Notes: generated by a model not told the origin, from the sequence alone. Counted from the stretch's first letter, positions 36,291-45,311 are shown. The stretch: DNA of 64,000 nt from Actinomycetales bacterium (GCA_016125355.1 WGLX01000015.1:19044-83043), one strand, 5' to 3'. Translations and numbers: made by a program.

Positions 36291-38280
36291 GCCGGATCTC
36301 GAGGCCGCACTCTCCGCGGTCGTGGGTGCCATCGGGGGCGAAGAGCGACCCGGGCAGCTCGAGATGGCCCGTCGGGTCGCCGAGGCCCTCCGCGGTGGCG
36401 GTCACGCGCTCGTGCAGGCCGGCACCGGCACCGGCAAGTCCGTGGGCTACCTGGTGCCCGCGGCCCTGCACGCCACATCCGAGGACGGGGGCACGGTCAT
36501 CGTCGCCACGGCCACCCTTGCCCTCCAGCGCCAGCTGGTCGAGCGCGATCTGCCCCTGGTGGCCAGCGCACTCGCTCCCCTCGTCGGTCGTCCGCTGACC
36601 TTCGCGGTGCTCAAGGGCCGCAACAACTACGTCTGCCTCCAGAAGCTGCACGGGGCCGCGCCCGACGACGAGTCCGAGGCCCTCTTCGAGGCGCCCCGCA
36701 GCGCCCTCGGAAAGCAAGCCGTTGCCCTCCGGGAGTGGGCGCTGGCCACGGAGACCGGGGACCGCGACGAATATCCGGACGACGTCGACCCCCGTGTCTG
36801 GCGGGGCTTCTCGGTGGGGCGCAGGGAGTGCATGGGCGAATCCCGCTGTCCGTTCGGCGAGGAGTGCTTCACGGTGCTGCGGCGCAGGAAGGCCCAGGAG
36901 GCCGACATCGTCGTGACCAACCACGCCATGCTCGCCATCGACGCGCTCGAGGGCATTCCCGTGCTCCCCGAGCACGATGCCGTCGTCATCGACGAGGGTC
37001 ACGAGCTGGTCGATCGGGCCACCGCCGCCGTGACCGGCGAGCTCACGGTCGCGATGGTCGAGCGAGCCATCTCCCGGGCGAGACGGCTGCTCGATCCGGA
37101 GACCCTGGACCGGGTCCAGGGGGCGGCCGAGGTGCTCGACGACGCCCTCCGCGAGACGGCGCTGTCCCTCGCGGGACCGACGCGCATCGAGGCGTTCGAT
37201 CGGACGATGACGCTGGCGCTCACCACCCTTCGCGACACCTGCCACCAGGCGCTCGCCGAGGTGAATGCCCAGAAGGGCGGCGATTCGGACGCGCTGGCGG
37301 CCCGCCAGCTCGCCGTCGGCGCTCTCGAGGATGTCCACGACGTGGCGGGCGAGCTGATCGCCGTGACCGAGCTCGACGTCGTGTGGCTGGACCCGGGCGA
37401 GGGCAACCGCGCCCCCGCGCTGCGCATGGCGCCGCTGTCCGTCGCGGGACTGCTGCGTGCCGCGCTCTTCGAGCGCACGCCGGTGGCGATCACCAGCGCC
37501 ACCCTCACGGTGGGAGGCGGCTTCGACCCGGTGCTTGCCTCCATGGGGCTGGACCCGTCCTCGGCCACAGCTGTCGATGTCGGATCGCCCTTCGACCACG
37601 GCCGCCAGGGGATCCTCTACGTGGCCCGGCACCTGCCGCCGCCGGGGCGGGACGGCACGCCGATGGAGGCGCTCGACGAGCTGGCCGAGCTCATCGAGGC
37701 AGCCGGCGGCCGGACGCTCGCGCTGTTCAGCAGCTGGCGCGGGGTGGAGCGCGCGGCCGACTACCTGCGCGTGCGGTTCGGGGATCGAGACGACCTGCCT
37801 CTGCTGGTGCAGAAGCGCGGCGACGCGGTCGGGCAGCTGGTGCAGCGGTTCGCCGAGGAGCCTGCGTCCACGCTGCTCGGCACGGTGTCCCTGTGGCAGG
37901 GCGTGGACGTTCCCGGTGGTTCCTGCATCCTCGTGGTCATCGACCGGATCCCGTTCCCACGTCCCGATGACCCGCTGCTCTCGGCTCGGCAGCGCGCTGT
38001 CGACGAGGCGGGGGGCTCGGGCTTCCGGGCTGTGTCGGTGCCGAAGGCGGGGCTGCTGCTCGCACAGGGAGCCGGTCGCCTGATCCGCGGCACATCCGAT
38101 CGCGGGGTGGTGGCGGTACTCGACTCGCGGCTGGCGACGGCCGGGTACTCGGCCGCCCTGCGGGCCAGCCTGCCACCGTTCTGGTACACGACGGACAGGG
38201 CCGTGGTCCTCGGCTCGCTCGCCCGCCTGCGCGACGAACTCTCCGCACCGCAGGCGCCGGCGGAGCCCATCGCCGACTAG
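36283..38280 (+). CDS. dinG: ATP-dependent DNA helicase, DinG/XPD family
   Basis: 665 aa. Walker A GTGTGKS and DEGH box (VIDEGHEL). Four Cys of an Fe-S domain (VCLQ...ECMGESRCPFGEEC). The start overlaps the hflX 3' end by 8 nt. Confidence 0.8.
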   Translation: MPEPDLEAALSAVVGAIGGEERPGQLEMARRVAEALRGGGHALVQAGTGTGKSVGYLVPAALHATSEDGGTVIVATATLALQRQLVERDLPLVASALAPLVGRPLTFAVLKGRNNYVCLQKLHGAAPDDESEALFEAPRSALGKQAVALREWALATETGDRDEYPDDVDPRVWRGFSVGRRECMGESRCPFGEECFTVLRRRKAQEADIVVTNHAMLAIDALEGIPVLPEHDAVVIDEGHELVDRATAAVTGELTVAMVERAISRARRLLDPETLDRVQGAAEVLDDALRETALSLAGPTRIEAFDRTMTLALTTLRDTCHQALAEVNAQKGGDSDALAARQLAVGALEDVHDVAGELIAVTELDVVWLDPGEGNRAPALRMAPLSVAGLLRAALFERTPVAITSATLTVGGGFDPVLASMGLDPSSATAVDVGSPFDHGRQGILYVARHLPPPGRDGTPMEALDELAELIEAAGGRTLALFSSWRGVERAADYLRVRFGDRDDLPLLVQKRGDAVGQLVQRFAEEPASTLLGTVSLWQGVDVPGGSCILVVIDRIPFPRPDDPLLSARQRAVDEAGGSGFRAVSVPKAGLLLAQGAGRLIRGTSDRGVVAVLDSRLATAGYSAALRASLPPFWYTTDRAVVLGSLARLRDELSAPQAPAEPIAD

Positions 38281-39185
38281 TCGTTGCTGAACACGAAGTC
38301 CTGGAAGTAGGCCTCCTCACTGGAGACCGGCGTGGGCTCCGCCGGCGGAGCCACCTTGTCGAGGTCGGTGATCGGGGCCGGGTGCTCGGCAGGCGTGGCC
38401 TGGGGTCCGGCGATGAGGCCGACCAGGATCGCCTGCCCGGCCTCATCGGGATGCAGGTGGCCGCCGTCGGCCTCGAACCATTCGGGGTGGGTGATCGCCA
38501 CGGCGTTGAAGTCGAGGACGTCGAGCCACCGGCGCTGGCTCGCGGCGAGCGCGAGGGCCGCGTCGAAGGAGTCGAGGGACCAGTCGGACAACCCGCCGGC
38601 ATACGAGTCCGGGCGGTGCGGAGTCACCCAGTAGACGTGCTGCTTGGCGCCCTTCGTGCGCAGGTCCTTGACGGCCTGCAGCCACTCGTCGATGCGGGCC
38701 ACATCGGCCTCGTCACCGCGGTTGTTCGTCCCGAGGATGATCACCCACGCGGGCGCCTGCTGGGCCTGGCTGCTCGCCAGGTGGGCCTGCAGGTACGCGG
38801 TGCTCGCCGGCTGCCCGACCCGGCCGGTGACCGGGTAGCCCAGCCGCGACAGTGCGGGGGCGACGGACAGACTGATCGAGTCGCCGAGGACGTAACTGCC
38901 GACGGGGGCCGGGCCGACGCCGGTCGGCACGTCCTCGGCCGGCGTCGCCACCAGGGGGGCGCGCGTACTGGGCGCCGGCGGGCTGGTGACGGGGGCGCTG
39001 GATGCGGAAGTCGAGTGGGCAGGGCTGGGGGCAGCAGGCGTCGAGGCCGCAGTGGTCGAGGCGCCAGCGGTCGAGGCGGCGGGAGACGACATCGCTGGGC
39101 TGGCGGGCCGGCTCAGCGCCTCGCCTGAGGCCGGTGTGCAGGCAGCCACCGCGAGGGCGGTGAGGAGCACGACCGGCAGGCGCAT
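38277..39185 (-). CDS. SGNH/GDSL-like hydrolase lipoprotein
   Basis: Lipobox LTALAVAAC after MRLPVV. Ser/Pro/Ala/Thr-rich linker. Blocks YVLGDSIS, ILGTNN and DGGHLHPD. Confidence 0.65.
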   Translation of the reverse strand: MRLPVVLLTALAVAACTPASGEALSRPASPAMSSPAASTAGASTTAASTPAAPSPAHSTSASSAPVTSPPAPSTRAPLVATPAEDVPTGVGPAPVGSYVLGDSISLSVAPALSRLGYPVTGRVGQPASTAYLQAHLASSQAQQAPAWVIILGTNNRGDEADVARIDEWLQAVKDLRTKGAKQHVYWVTPHRPDSYAGGLSDWSLDSFDAALALAASQRRWLDVLDFNAVAITHPEWFEADGGHLHPDEAGQAILVGLIAGPQATPAEHPAPITDLDKVAPPAEPTPVSSEEAYFQDFVFSND

Positions 39186-39287
39186 CCTTCTATGGTCACC
39201 CACGAAGGCCGATCTGCACAGATGCCACCCCGCGGGCGCCACGCTGCGGGATCAGGTGACCTCGGGAATTGAGGTGACCTCGCGCGC

Positions 39288-40007
39288 TCAGACGCGGCGC
39301 AGGACGGTGACCACCTTGCCCATGATGGTGGCCTGGTCGCCGAGGATCGGGGCGTAGGCGGGGTTGTGCGGCATCAGCCACACATGGCCGTCGCGGCGCT
39401 TGAGGGTCTTGACCGTGGCCTCGTCGTCGATGAGGGCGGCAACGATGTCGCCGTTGTCGGCGGTCTGCTGCTGCCGGACGACCACCCAGTCGCCGTCGCA
39501 GATGGCCGCATCGATCATCGAGTCGCCGACGACCTTGAGCATGAACAGGTCGCCATCGCCCACGAGGTCGCGGGGGAGGGGGAAGACCGCCTCCACATCC
39601 TGCTCGGCCAGGATCGGGCCGCCGGCCGCGATCCGACCCACCACCGGCACCAACGTGGCCTCAGGTCGATGCACGCCGTCGTCGACCGATGCCGCACCGG
39701 CCGCGTGCGCGCCCGACGTGCCGGCGGCCGCGTCGGTGGACGAGCCCTCGGCAGGGTCGGCCACCACCAGTGCCCGGGGCCGGTTCGGGTCCTTCCGGAG
39801 GTAGCCCATGCGCTCCAGGGTGGCCAGCTGGTGGGCCACGCTGCTCGGCGAGGTGAGACCGACTCCCTGGCCGATCTCGCGCACGCTGGGGGGATAGCCG
39901 CGGCTCTCCACGGTCTCGCGGATCACCGCGAGGATGGCCTGCTGCCGCGGTGTCAGGCCGGACTCGTCGGCCGGGCCGTCGGGGAGCTCTCGCACGCGAG
40001 CGGTCAC
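39288..40007 (-). CDS. lexA: LexA repressor
   Basis: 239 aa, GTG start. Winged HTH ([23 protein letters not shown]) and S24 peptidase domain (VVGDSMIDA...ATVKTLKR). Confidence 0.95.
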   Translation of the reverse strand: MTARVRELPDGPADESGLTPRQQAILAVIRETVESRGYPPSVREIGQGVGLTSPSSVAHQLATLERMGYLRKDPNRPRALVVADPAEGSSTDAAAGTSGAHAAGAASVDDGVHRPEATLVPVVGRIAAGGPILAEQDVEAVFPLPRDLVGDGDLFMLKVVGDSMIDAAICDGDWVVVRQQQTADNGDIVAALIDDEATVKTLKRRDGHVWLMPHNPAYAPILGDQATIMGKVVTVLRRV

Positions 40008-40083
40008 TGGGCGCTCCTTCCCCGGGTGTCAGACCCCGGTGTCACTGTTCCTGCCGTCACGTTAGCGAGCCCGCGACACGAAA

Positions 40084-40099
40084 TCAAACATATGTTCGA
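40084..40099. promoter_or_regulatory. LexA operator (SOS box), lexA-proximal
   Basis: TCAAACATATGTTCGA has one mismatch to TCGAAC-N4-GTTCGA. It lies 77 nt upstream of the lexA start, consistent with autoregulation. Confidence 0.7.
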
Positions 40100-40150
40100 A
40101 TGTCGTGGACGTGTCGGCCCGCGAGTGATAGACATCGTACAGGCGTTCGA

Positions 40151-40166
40151 TCGAACACCCGTTCGA
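40151..40166. promoter_or_regulatory. LexA operator (SOS box), proximal to the LysM gene
   Basis: TCGAACACCCGTTCGA is a perfect box and the identical 16-mer to the recA box. It is preceded by an extra half-site (GTTCGATCGAAC). Confidence 0.85.
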
Positions 40167-40232
40167 TGAATAGCCAAGCAGTAGGACCACAAGATCGTGG
40201 ACCAGAAGATCGGCGAGCAGAAAGGCACGGAC

Positions 40233-40652
40233 ATGGCACTCGCGGCTCCTTTCCCCGCCGCCCACCCGCGGCAGTCGCGCACGGCACGCACCGGACGCAC
40301 CAGCACCCCTCGCACCCGCACCCCCCGCACCCGCACCCCCATTCGCCTGACCCGTCGGGGCCGACTGGTCCTCGGCGTCGGCAGCGTGCTGGTCCTCCTC
40401 CTCGTGATCCTGGTGTCCGGGGTGTTCCGGGCGGACGCGGGCTCGTCGTCGGGGGATCAGGGCGTCGCCACGTCCGTTGTGGTCGTCCAGCCGGGGGAGA
40501 ACCTCTGGCAGATCGCCCAGCAGGTGGCCCCCGGTGCCGACCCGCGGGAGACCGTGCTGCGCATCCGTGAGCTCAACCCGATCGGCGATGCGGCCGTGCG
40601 TCCGGGCCAGGCGATCGTCGTCCCGATGGCCGGCGGCGCGGACGCCCGCTAA
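40233..40652 (+). CDS. ChiZ-like LysM-domain membrane protein (SOS-associated)
   Basis: 139 aa from ATG 40233 (RBS GAAAGG); the track GTG is at 40197. Arg/Thr/Pro-rich disordered N-terminus, one TM (LVLGVGSVLVLLLVILV) and a C-terminal LysM (VVVQPGENLWQIAQQV...RPGQAIVVP). It is divergent from lexA, the same arrangement and architecture as M. tuberculosis ChiZ (Rv2719c). Confidence 0.7.
   Translation: MALAAPFPAAHPRQSRTARTGRTSTPRTRTPRTRTPIRLTRRGRLVLGVGSVLVLLLVILVSGVFRADAGSSSGDQGVATSVVVVQPGENLWQIAQQVAPGADPRETVLRIRELNPIGDAAVRPGQAIVVPMAGGADAR
40305..40340 (+). repeat. 15-bp tandem coding repeat (about 2.4 copies)
   Basis: ACCCCTCGCACCCGC / ACCCCCCGCACCCGC / ACCCCC, encoding TPRTR-TPRTR-TP inside the LysM gene. 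Confidence 0.6.
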
Positions 40653-40694
40653 GCGCTGGTCGGAGCATCCCGGATCGCCCCGCATACTGGAGGG

Positions 40695-41666
40695 ATGAGC
40701 CCCCAGTCGCCTGCCGTCGACCCCGCAGGTCGGCGACGTCGGGTGAGCGGGAGGGCCGTCGCCGCCACCTCGCTGCTGGCCCTGGTCTTGGGAACGGACC
40801 CGGTGGGGCTGCTGACCGCCGCGGACGCCCGGGCTGCGGCGCCACCGCCTGCGGCCGCTCCGATCGCCGGGCCCGAGCCGCTGCCCACGGCCGAACCCGC
40901 GCCGAGCACCCCGGCGCTCCCGTCGCTCGATGCGACCCCGATTCCGACCCCGACCCCTACCCCCACCCCGATCCCGATCCCGACCTCGAGTGTTGCCGAC
41001 CTGGTGGACCGATCGTGGCCGAAGCACCCGCCGTGGGATGCCTGCCCGCAGCCGGTATGGCCGGGGGAGTTGAGTGTCGGCTCGCCGGGCGGGGGTCGTC
41101 GGGTGCTGATCCTGGGGGACTCCCTGACGAGGGAGTCGCGCACGGCAACCGCCAAGGCGATGCGCGCGAGCGGCTGGACGCCGACCTTCCGCTGCTGGGG
41201 CTCCAAGCGCCTCGACTGGGGTCTGAGTCAACTGGCGCGAGCGCGCCAGCTTCGGCAGGTTCCCGAGTTCGTCGTCGTCGCGCTGGGCACGAACGACATC
41301 TCCTGGGAGCCCACGGCGCGCACGGAACGGCGCGTTCGCCTGCTCCTCGATCGGCTCGGACCGACACGGAAGGTCATGTGGGTCGATCTCGACGTCGACC
41401 ACAGCCGCTTCTCGCACCAGCGAGCGCAGTGGTTCAACGGCATGATCCGTCGTGAGGCGGACGGTCGGCCCAACGTCGCCGTCGTGCCGTGGCGGCAGAT
41501 CGCCCGCAAGGCCAAGGCCCGGCGGCACGACGGCATCCACTACTACGCGGCCGGCTTCCGGCTGCGGGCTCGCACGGTGGCCAGTGCCCTGGATCGGTTC
41601 GGCGCCCGGTATCCGGCGAGCCCTGCGACAGCGCAGCCCGCGCCCAGCGCGCCCGCCACTCCCTGA
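40695..41666 (+). CDS. Secreted SGNH/GDSL-like hydrolase
   Basis: 323 aa. Signal/anchor segment, Pro/Ala-rich linker with a PIPTPTPTPTPIPIPT repeat (nt 40935-40985). Blocks LILGDSLT, ALGTNDI and HDGIHY. Confidence 0.65.
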   Translation: MSPQSPAVDPAGRRRRVSGRAVAATSLLALVLGTDPVGLLTAADARAAAPPPAAAPIAGPEPLPTAEPAPSTPALPSLDATPIPTPTPTPTPIPIPTSSVADLVDRSWPKHPPWDACPQPVWPGELSVGSPGGGRRVLILGDSLTRESRTATAKAMRASGWTPTFRCWGSKRLDWGLSQLARARQLRQVPEFVVVALGTNDISWEPTARTERRVRLLLDRLGPTRKVMWVDLDVDHSRFSHQRAQWFNGMIRREADGRPNVAVVPWRQIARKAKARRHDGIHYYAAGFRLRARTVASALDRFGARYPASPATAQPAPSAPATP

Positions 41667-41731
41667 GCGCACTTCGCGGCGACACTCCGACGGACCTCTT
41701 GCCAAGAGCCTGCGCAGGGTCTACCGTCCTA

Positions 41732-41747
41732 CCCCTAGATGTAGTAG
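41732..41747. promoter_or_regulatory. Candidate NrdR box 1
   Basis: CCCCTAGATGTAGTAG matches about 10/16 positions of the NrdR-box consensus acaCwAtATaTwGtgt. Its centre is 32 bp from candidate box 2. Confidence 0.35.
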
Positions 41748-41763
41748 TCACACTGATGTGATT

Positions 41764-41779
41764 CATCAACAGGTTGTGG
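41764..41779. promoter_or_regulatory. Candidate NrdR box 2
   Basis: CATCAACAGGTTGTGG matches about 9/16 positions of the consensus and is an imperfect palindrome. It lies upstream of nrdR-nrdJ in a locally AT-richer stretch. Confidence 0.35.
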
Positions 41780-41895
41780 TACTTCATCAACAGTTCCTCC
41801 ACAGGGAATCCCCAGATCCATCCCCACGGAGGCGGCCATCCGGCCACCGATGTGACGGATGAGGGGCGAGAGGCGTACGAGAAAGGGGGTGCACC

Positions 41896-42417
41896 ATGCG
41901 GTGTCCGTTCTGCAAGGCCGACGACTCGCGCGTGGTCGACTCCCGCGCGGTCGACGACGGACTGGCGATCAGGCGCCGGCGGGAATGCGCCGAGTGCGGC
42001 CGCCGTTTCACCACCTCGGAGACCTCGATGCTCTACGTCGTGAAGCGCTCCGGGGCGACGGAGCCGTTCAGCCGGGCCAAGGTCGTCAGCGGCGTCCGCA
42101 AGGCATGCCAGGGTCGGCCGGTCAGTGAGGACGATCTCGCCCTGCTCGCCCAGCAGGTCGAGGACATCGTCCGCGCGACCGGGAGTGCGGAGATCCCGGC
42201 CATGGAGGTGGGCCTGGCCATCCTCGGCCCGCTGCGCCAGCTCGACGAGGTCGCCTACCTGCGCTTCGCGTCCGTCTACCGCTCGTTCGACACCCTCGAG
42301 GACTTCGAGGCGGAGATCGCCCTGCTCCGCGCCGAGGGGGAGGCGGTCGGCGAGGAGCCCGTCTCCGTCAGCTCCACCACTGTCAGTCCCACCACCCAGA
42401 CTTCCCACACACCCTGA
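41896..42417 (+). CDS. nrdR: Transcriptional repressor NrdR
   Basis: 173 aa. Zn ribbon [17 protein letters not shown]...[10 protein letters not shown] and an ATP-cone domain. Confidence 0.93.
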   Translation: MRCPFCKADDSRVVDSRAVDDGLAIRRRRECAECGRRFTTSETSMLYVVKRSGATEPFSRAKVVSGVRKACQGRPVSEDDLALLAQQVEDIVRATGSAEIPAMEVGLAILGPLRQLDEVAYLRFASVYRSFDTLEDFEAEIALLRAEGEAVGEEPVSVSSTTVSPTTQTSHTP

Positions 42418-42443
42418 CCGCTCGCGGAAGAAAGGCACCACCC

Positions 42444-45311
42444 ATGTCCATCTCCACCAACGACGCCGAGACGTTCGTCCACAACACCGTCGGCGGCACC
42501 GGCCTGACCATCGAGCGGCTCTACACCACCCCGGGCGTCCACCCGTACGACGAGGTGACGTGGGAGCGGCGCGACGTCGTCCAGACCAACTGGAAGACCG
42601 GTGACATCGTCTTCGAGCAGCGCGGCGCGGAGTTCCCGGACTTCTGGAGCGTCAACGCGTCCACCATCGTGACCACCAAGTACTTCCGTGGCGCGGTCGG
42701 GGCTCCCGAGCGGGAGCACAGCCTGCGGCAGCTCATCGACCGCGTCGTGCTGACCTACGTCAAGGCGGGCCGCGACCACGGCTACTTCGCCACCGAGGCC
42801 GACGCCGAGGTCTTCGAGCACGAGCTGACCTGGATGCTGCTGCACCAGGTGTTCTCCTTCAACTCGCCGGTGTGGTTCAACGTGGGCACCGTCTCGCCCC
42901 AGCAGGTCAGCGCCTGCTTCATCCTCAGCGTCGACGACACGATGGACTCCATCCTCAACTGGTACAAGGAGGAGGGCCTGATCTTCAAGGGCGGCTCCGG
43001 TGCCGGTCTCAACCTGTCCCGCATCCGCTCCAGCCGAGAGCTGCTGAAGTCCTCTGGTGGAACGGCCTCCGGTCCGGTGTCGTTCATGCGCGGCGCCGAC
43101 GCCTCTGCAGGCACGATCAAGTCGGGTGGGGCCACCCGTCGTGCGGCCAAGATGGTCGTGCTCGACGTCGACCACCCGGACATCGAGGAGTTCATCGAGA
43201 CCAAGGTCCGCGAGGAGGACAAGATCCGCGTCCTCCGCGACGCCGGGTACGACATGGACCTCGGCGGCAAGGACATCACGTCCGTGCAGTACCAGAACGC
43301 GAACAACTCGGTGCGCGTCTCCGACCTGTTCATGCATGCGGTCGAGAACGGCGAGCCCTTCGGCCTCACCGGTCGCACGACCGGCGAGGTGATCGACACC
43401 GTCGATGCCAAGAAGCTGTTCCGCACCATGTGCGAGGCGGCGTGGGCCTGTGCCGATCCCGGCATCCAGTACGACGACACCATCAACGACTGGCACACCA
43501 ACCCCGAGACTGGCCGCATCAACGCGTCCAACCCGTGCTCGGAGTACATGAGCCTGGACAACTCCAGCTGCAACCTCGCGTCGCTGAACCTGCTGAAGTT
43601 CCTCAAGGACGACGACACCTTCGATGCCGAGACGTTCGCGCGGGCGGTCGAGTTCGTCATCACCGCGATGGACATCTCGATCTGTTTCGCCGACTTCCCG
43701 ACCGTGCCGATCGGCGAGACGACACGGCGCTACCGCCAGCTCGGCATCGGTTACGCGAACCTCGGTGCCCTTCTCATGGCCACCGGCCTTCCCTACGACT
43801 CCGATGCGGGTCGGTCGTTCGCCGCGGCGATCACCAGCCTCATGACGGGCACCGCCTACAAGCGCAGCGCCCTGCTGGCCGGCATCGTCGGGCCGTACGA
43901 GGGCTACGCCCGCAACGCGTCGGCGCACAAGCGGGTGATGCGCAAGCACGCCGCGGCGAACGACAACGTCCGGCCGGCGAGCAGCCTCGACGGCGACGTG
44001 CTCAGGCTGGCCGAGCGGCAGTGGGAGGACGGCCTGAAGCTCGGCGAGCAGAACGGCTGGCGCAATGCCCAGGCCTCGGTGCTCGCACCGACCGGGACCA
44101 TCGGCTTCATGATGGACTGCGACACCACCGGCATCGAGCCCGACTTCTCGCTGGTCAAGTTCAAGAAGCTCGTCGGCGGCGGCTCGATGCAGATCGTCAA
44201 CCAGACGATTCCGCGGGCCCTGCGCCGGCTCGGCTACACCGGGGAGACCATCGAGGCGATCATCGAGTACATCGGCGAGCACGGCCATGTCGTCGACGCG
44301 CCCGGCCTCAAGCAGGAGCACTACGCGATCTTCGACACGGCGATGGGCACCCGCTCGATCACCCCGATGGGGCACGTGCGGATGATGGCGGCCGTCCAGC
44401 CGTTCATCTCCGGTGCCATCTCCAAGACGGTCAACATGCCGGAGTCGGCGACCGTCGAGGACGTCGAGGAGATCTACTTCGAGGGCTGGAAGCTCGGCAT
44501 CAAGGCCCTGGCCATCTACCGCGACAACTGCAAGGTGGGCCAGCCGCTGAGCGACGCCAAGGCGAAGAAGACGGAGGAGCTGGTCGACGCGACCGCCGAG
44601 GCCGTGCAGGCGGTGCTGGCCGGCCAGCCGGTCCGCAAGCGCCTGCCGAAGACCCGCCCGAGCCGCACCACGTCGTTCTCCGTGGCCGGGGCCGAGGGCT
44701 ACATGACGGCCGGGTCCTACCCGGACGACGGCCTCGGGGAGGTCTTCCTCAAGCTCGGCAAGCAGGGCTCCACGCTCGCCGGCGTGATGGACGCCTTCTC
44801 GATCGCCATCAGCATCGCGCTGCAGTACGGCGTGCCGCTGGAAGCGTTCGTGAGCAAGTTCGTGAACATGCGGTTCGAGCCGGCCGGCATGACCGACGAC
44901 CCGGACATCCGGATCTCGCAGTCGATCATGGACTACATCTTCCGCCGGCTGGCCTTGGACTACCTGCCGTACGAGAAGCGCGAGGCCCTGGGCATCTTCA
45001 CGGCCGATGAGCGTGCGGCCACCGTGGCGCAGAACTATGGCACTCCGGCTCCCGCACCGGCGGCCTCGGCCGACCTCGACGTCTCGGTGGACGACGAGGA
45101 GAGCGACGCGATCGCGGAGGCGGCGATCGCGGAGAGCCCGGCTCCGGCTGAGCCCCGCGCCAGCCTCGCGCACTCCAGTGCGGAGCTGCTCGAGGAGATC
45201 ACGGGTACCGCATCGGACGCCCCGCTGTGCATGACCTGCGGGATCAAGATGCGCCCGGCCGGCAGCTGCTACGTCTGCGAGGGATGCGGGAGCACCTCCG
45301 GCTGCAGCTGA
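42444..45311 (+). CDS. nrdJ: Class II (adenosylcobalamin-dependent) ribonucleotide reductase
   Basis: 955 aa. Active-site NPCSEY. C-terminal redox Cys cluster CYVCEGCGSTSGCS. nrdR-nrdJ operon arrangement as in Streptomyces. Confidence 0.9.
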   Translation: MSISTNDAETFVHNTVGGTGLTIERLYTTPGVHPYDEVTWERRDVVQTNWKTGDIVFEQRGAEFPDFWSVNASTIVTTKYFRGAVGAPEREHSLRQLIDRVVLTYVKAGRDHGYFATEADAEVFEHELTWMLLHQVFSFNSPVWFNVGTVSPQQVSACFILSVDDTMDSILNWYKEEGLIFKGGSGAGLNLSRIRSSRELLKSSGGTASGPVSFMRGADASAGTIKSGGATRRAAKMVVLDVDHPDIEEFIETKVREEDKIRVLRDAGYDMDLGGKDITSVQYQNANNSVRVSDLFMHAVENGEPFGLTGRTTGEVIDTVDAKKLFRTMCEAAWACADPGIQYDDTINDWHTNPETGRINASNPCSEYMSLDNSSCNLASLNLLKFLKDDDTFDAETFARAVEFVITAMDISICFADFPTVPIGETTRRYRQLGIGYANLGALLMATGLPYDSDAGRSFAAAITSLMTGTAYKRSALLAGIVGPYEGYARNASAHKRVMRKHAAANDNVRPASSLDGDVLRLAERQWEDGLKLGEQNGWRNAQASVLAPTGTIGFMMDCDTTGIEPDFSLVKFKKLVGGGSMQIVNQTIPRALRRLGYTGETIEAIIEYIGEHGHVVDAPGLKQEHYAIFDTAMGTRSITPMGHVRMMAAVQPFISGAISKTVNMPESATVEDVEEIYFEGWKLGIKALAIYRDNCKVGQPLSDAKAKKTEELVDATAEAVQAVLAGQPVRKRLPKTRPSRTTSFSVAGAEGYMTAGSYPDDGLGEVFLKLGKQGSTLAGVMDAFSIAISIALQYGVPLEAFVSKFVNMRFEPAGMTDDPDIRISQSIMDYIFRRLALDYLPYEKREALGIFTADERAATVAQNYGTPAPAPAASADLDVSVDDEESDAIAEAAIAESPAPAEPRASLAHSSAELLEEITGTASDAPLCMTCGIKMRPAGSCYVCEGCGSTSGCS

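Noticed and set aside
40092-40169. A 25-codon ORF (MFECRGRVGPRVIDIVQAFDRTPVR) that starts at the ATG inside the lexA-proximal SOS box. It mirrors the MFE... start of the HNH gene.
   Set aside because: The ATGTTCGAA is simply part of the box sequence. There is no convincing -10 element or RBS, the ORF runs through the second SOS box, and it shows no protein-like features.
41748-41761. The TCACA-CTGA-TGTGA palindrome as a canonical NrdR box.
   Set aside because: The arm spacing (a 14-bp palindrome) does not fit the 16-bp NrdR consensus register. It is kept only as an unexplained element within the operator-region finding.
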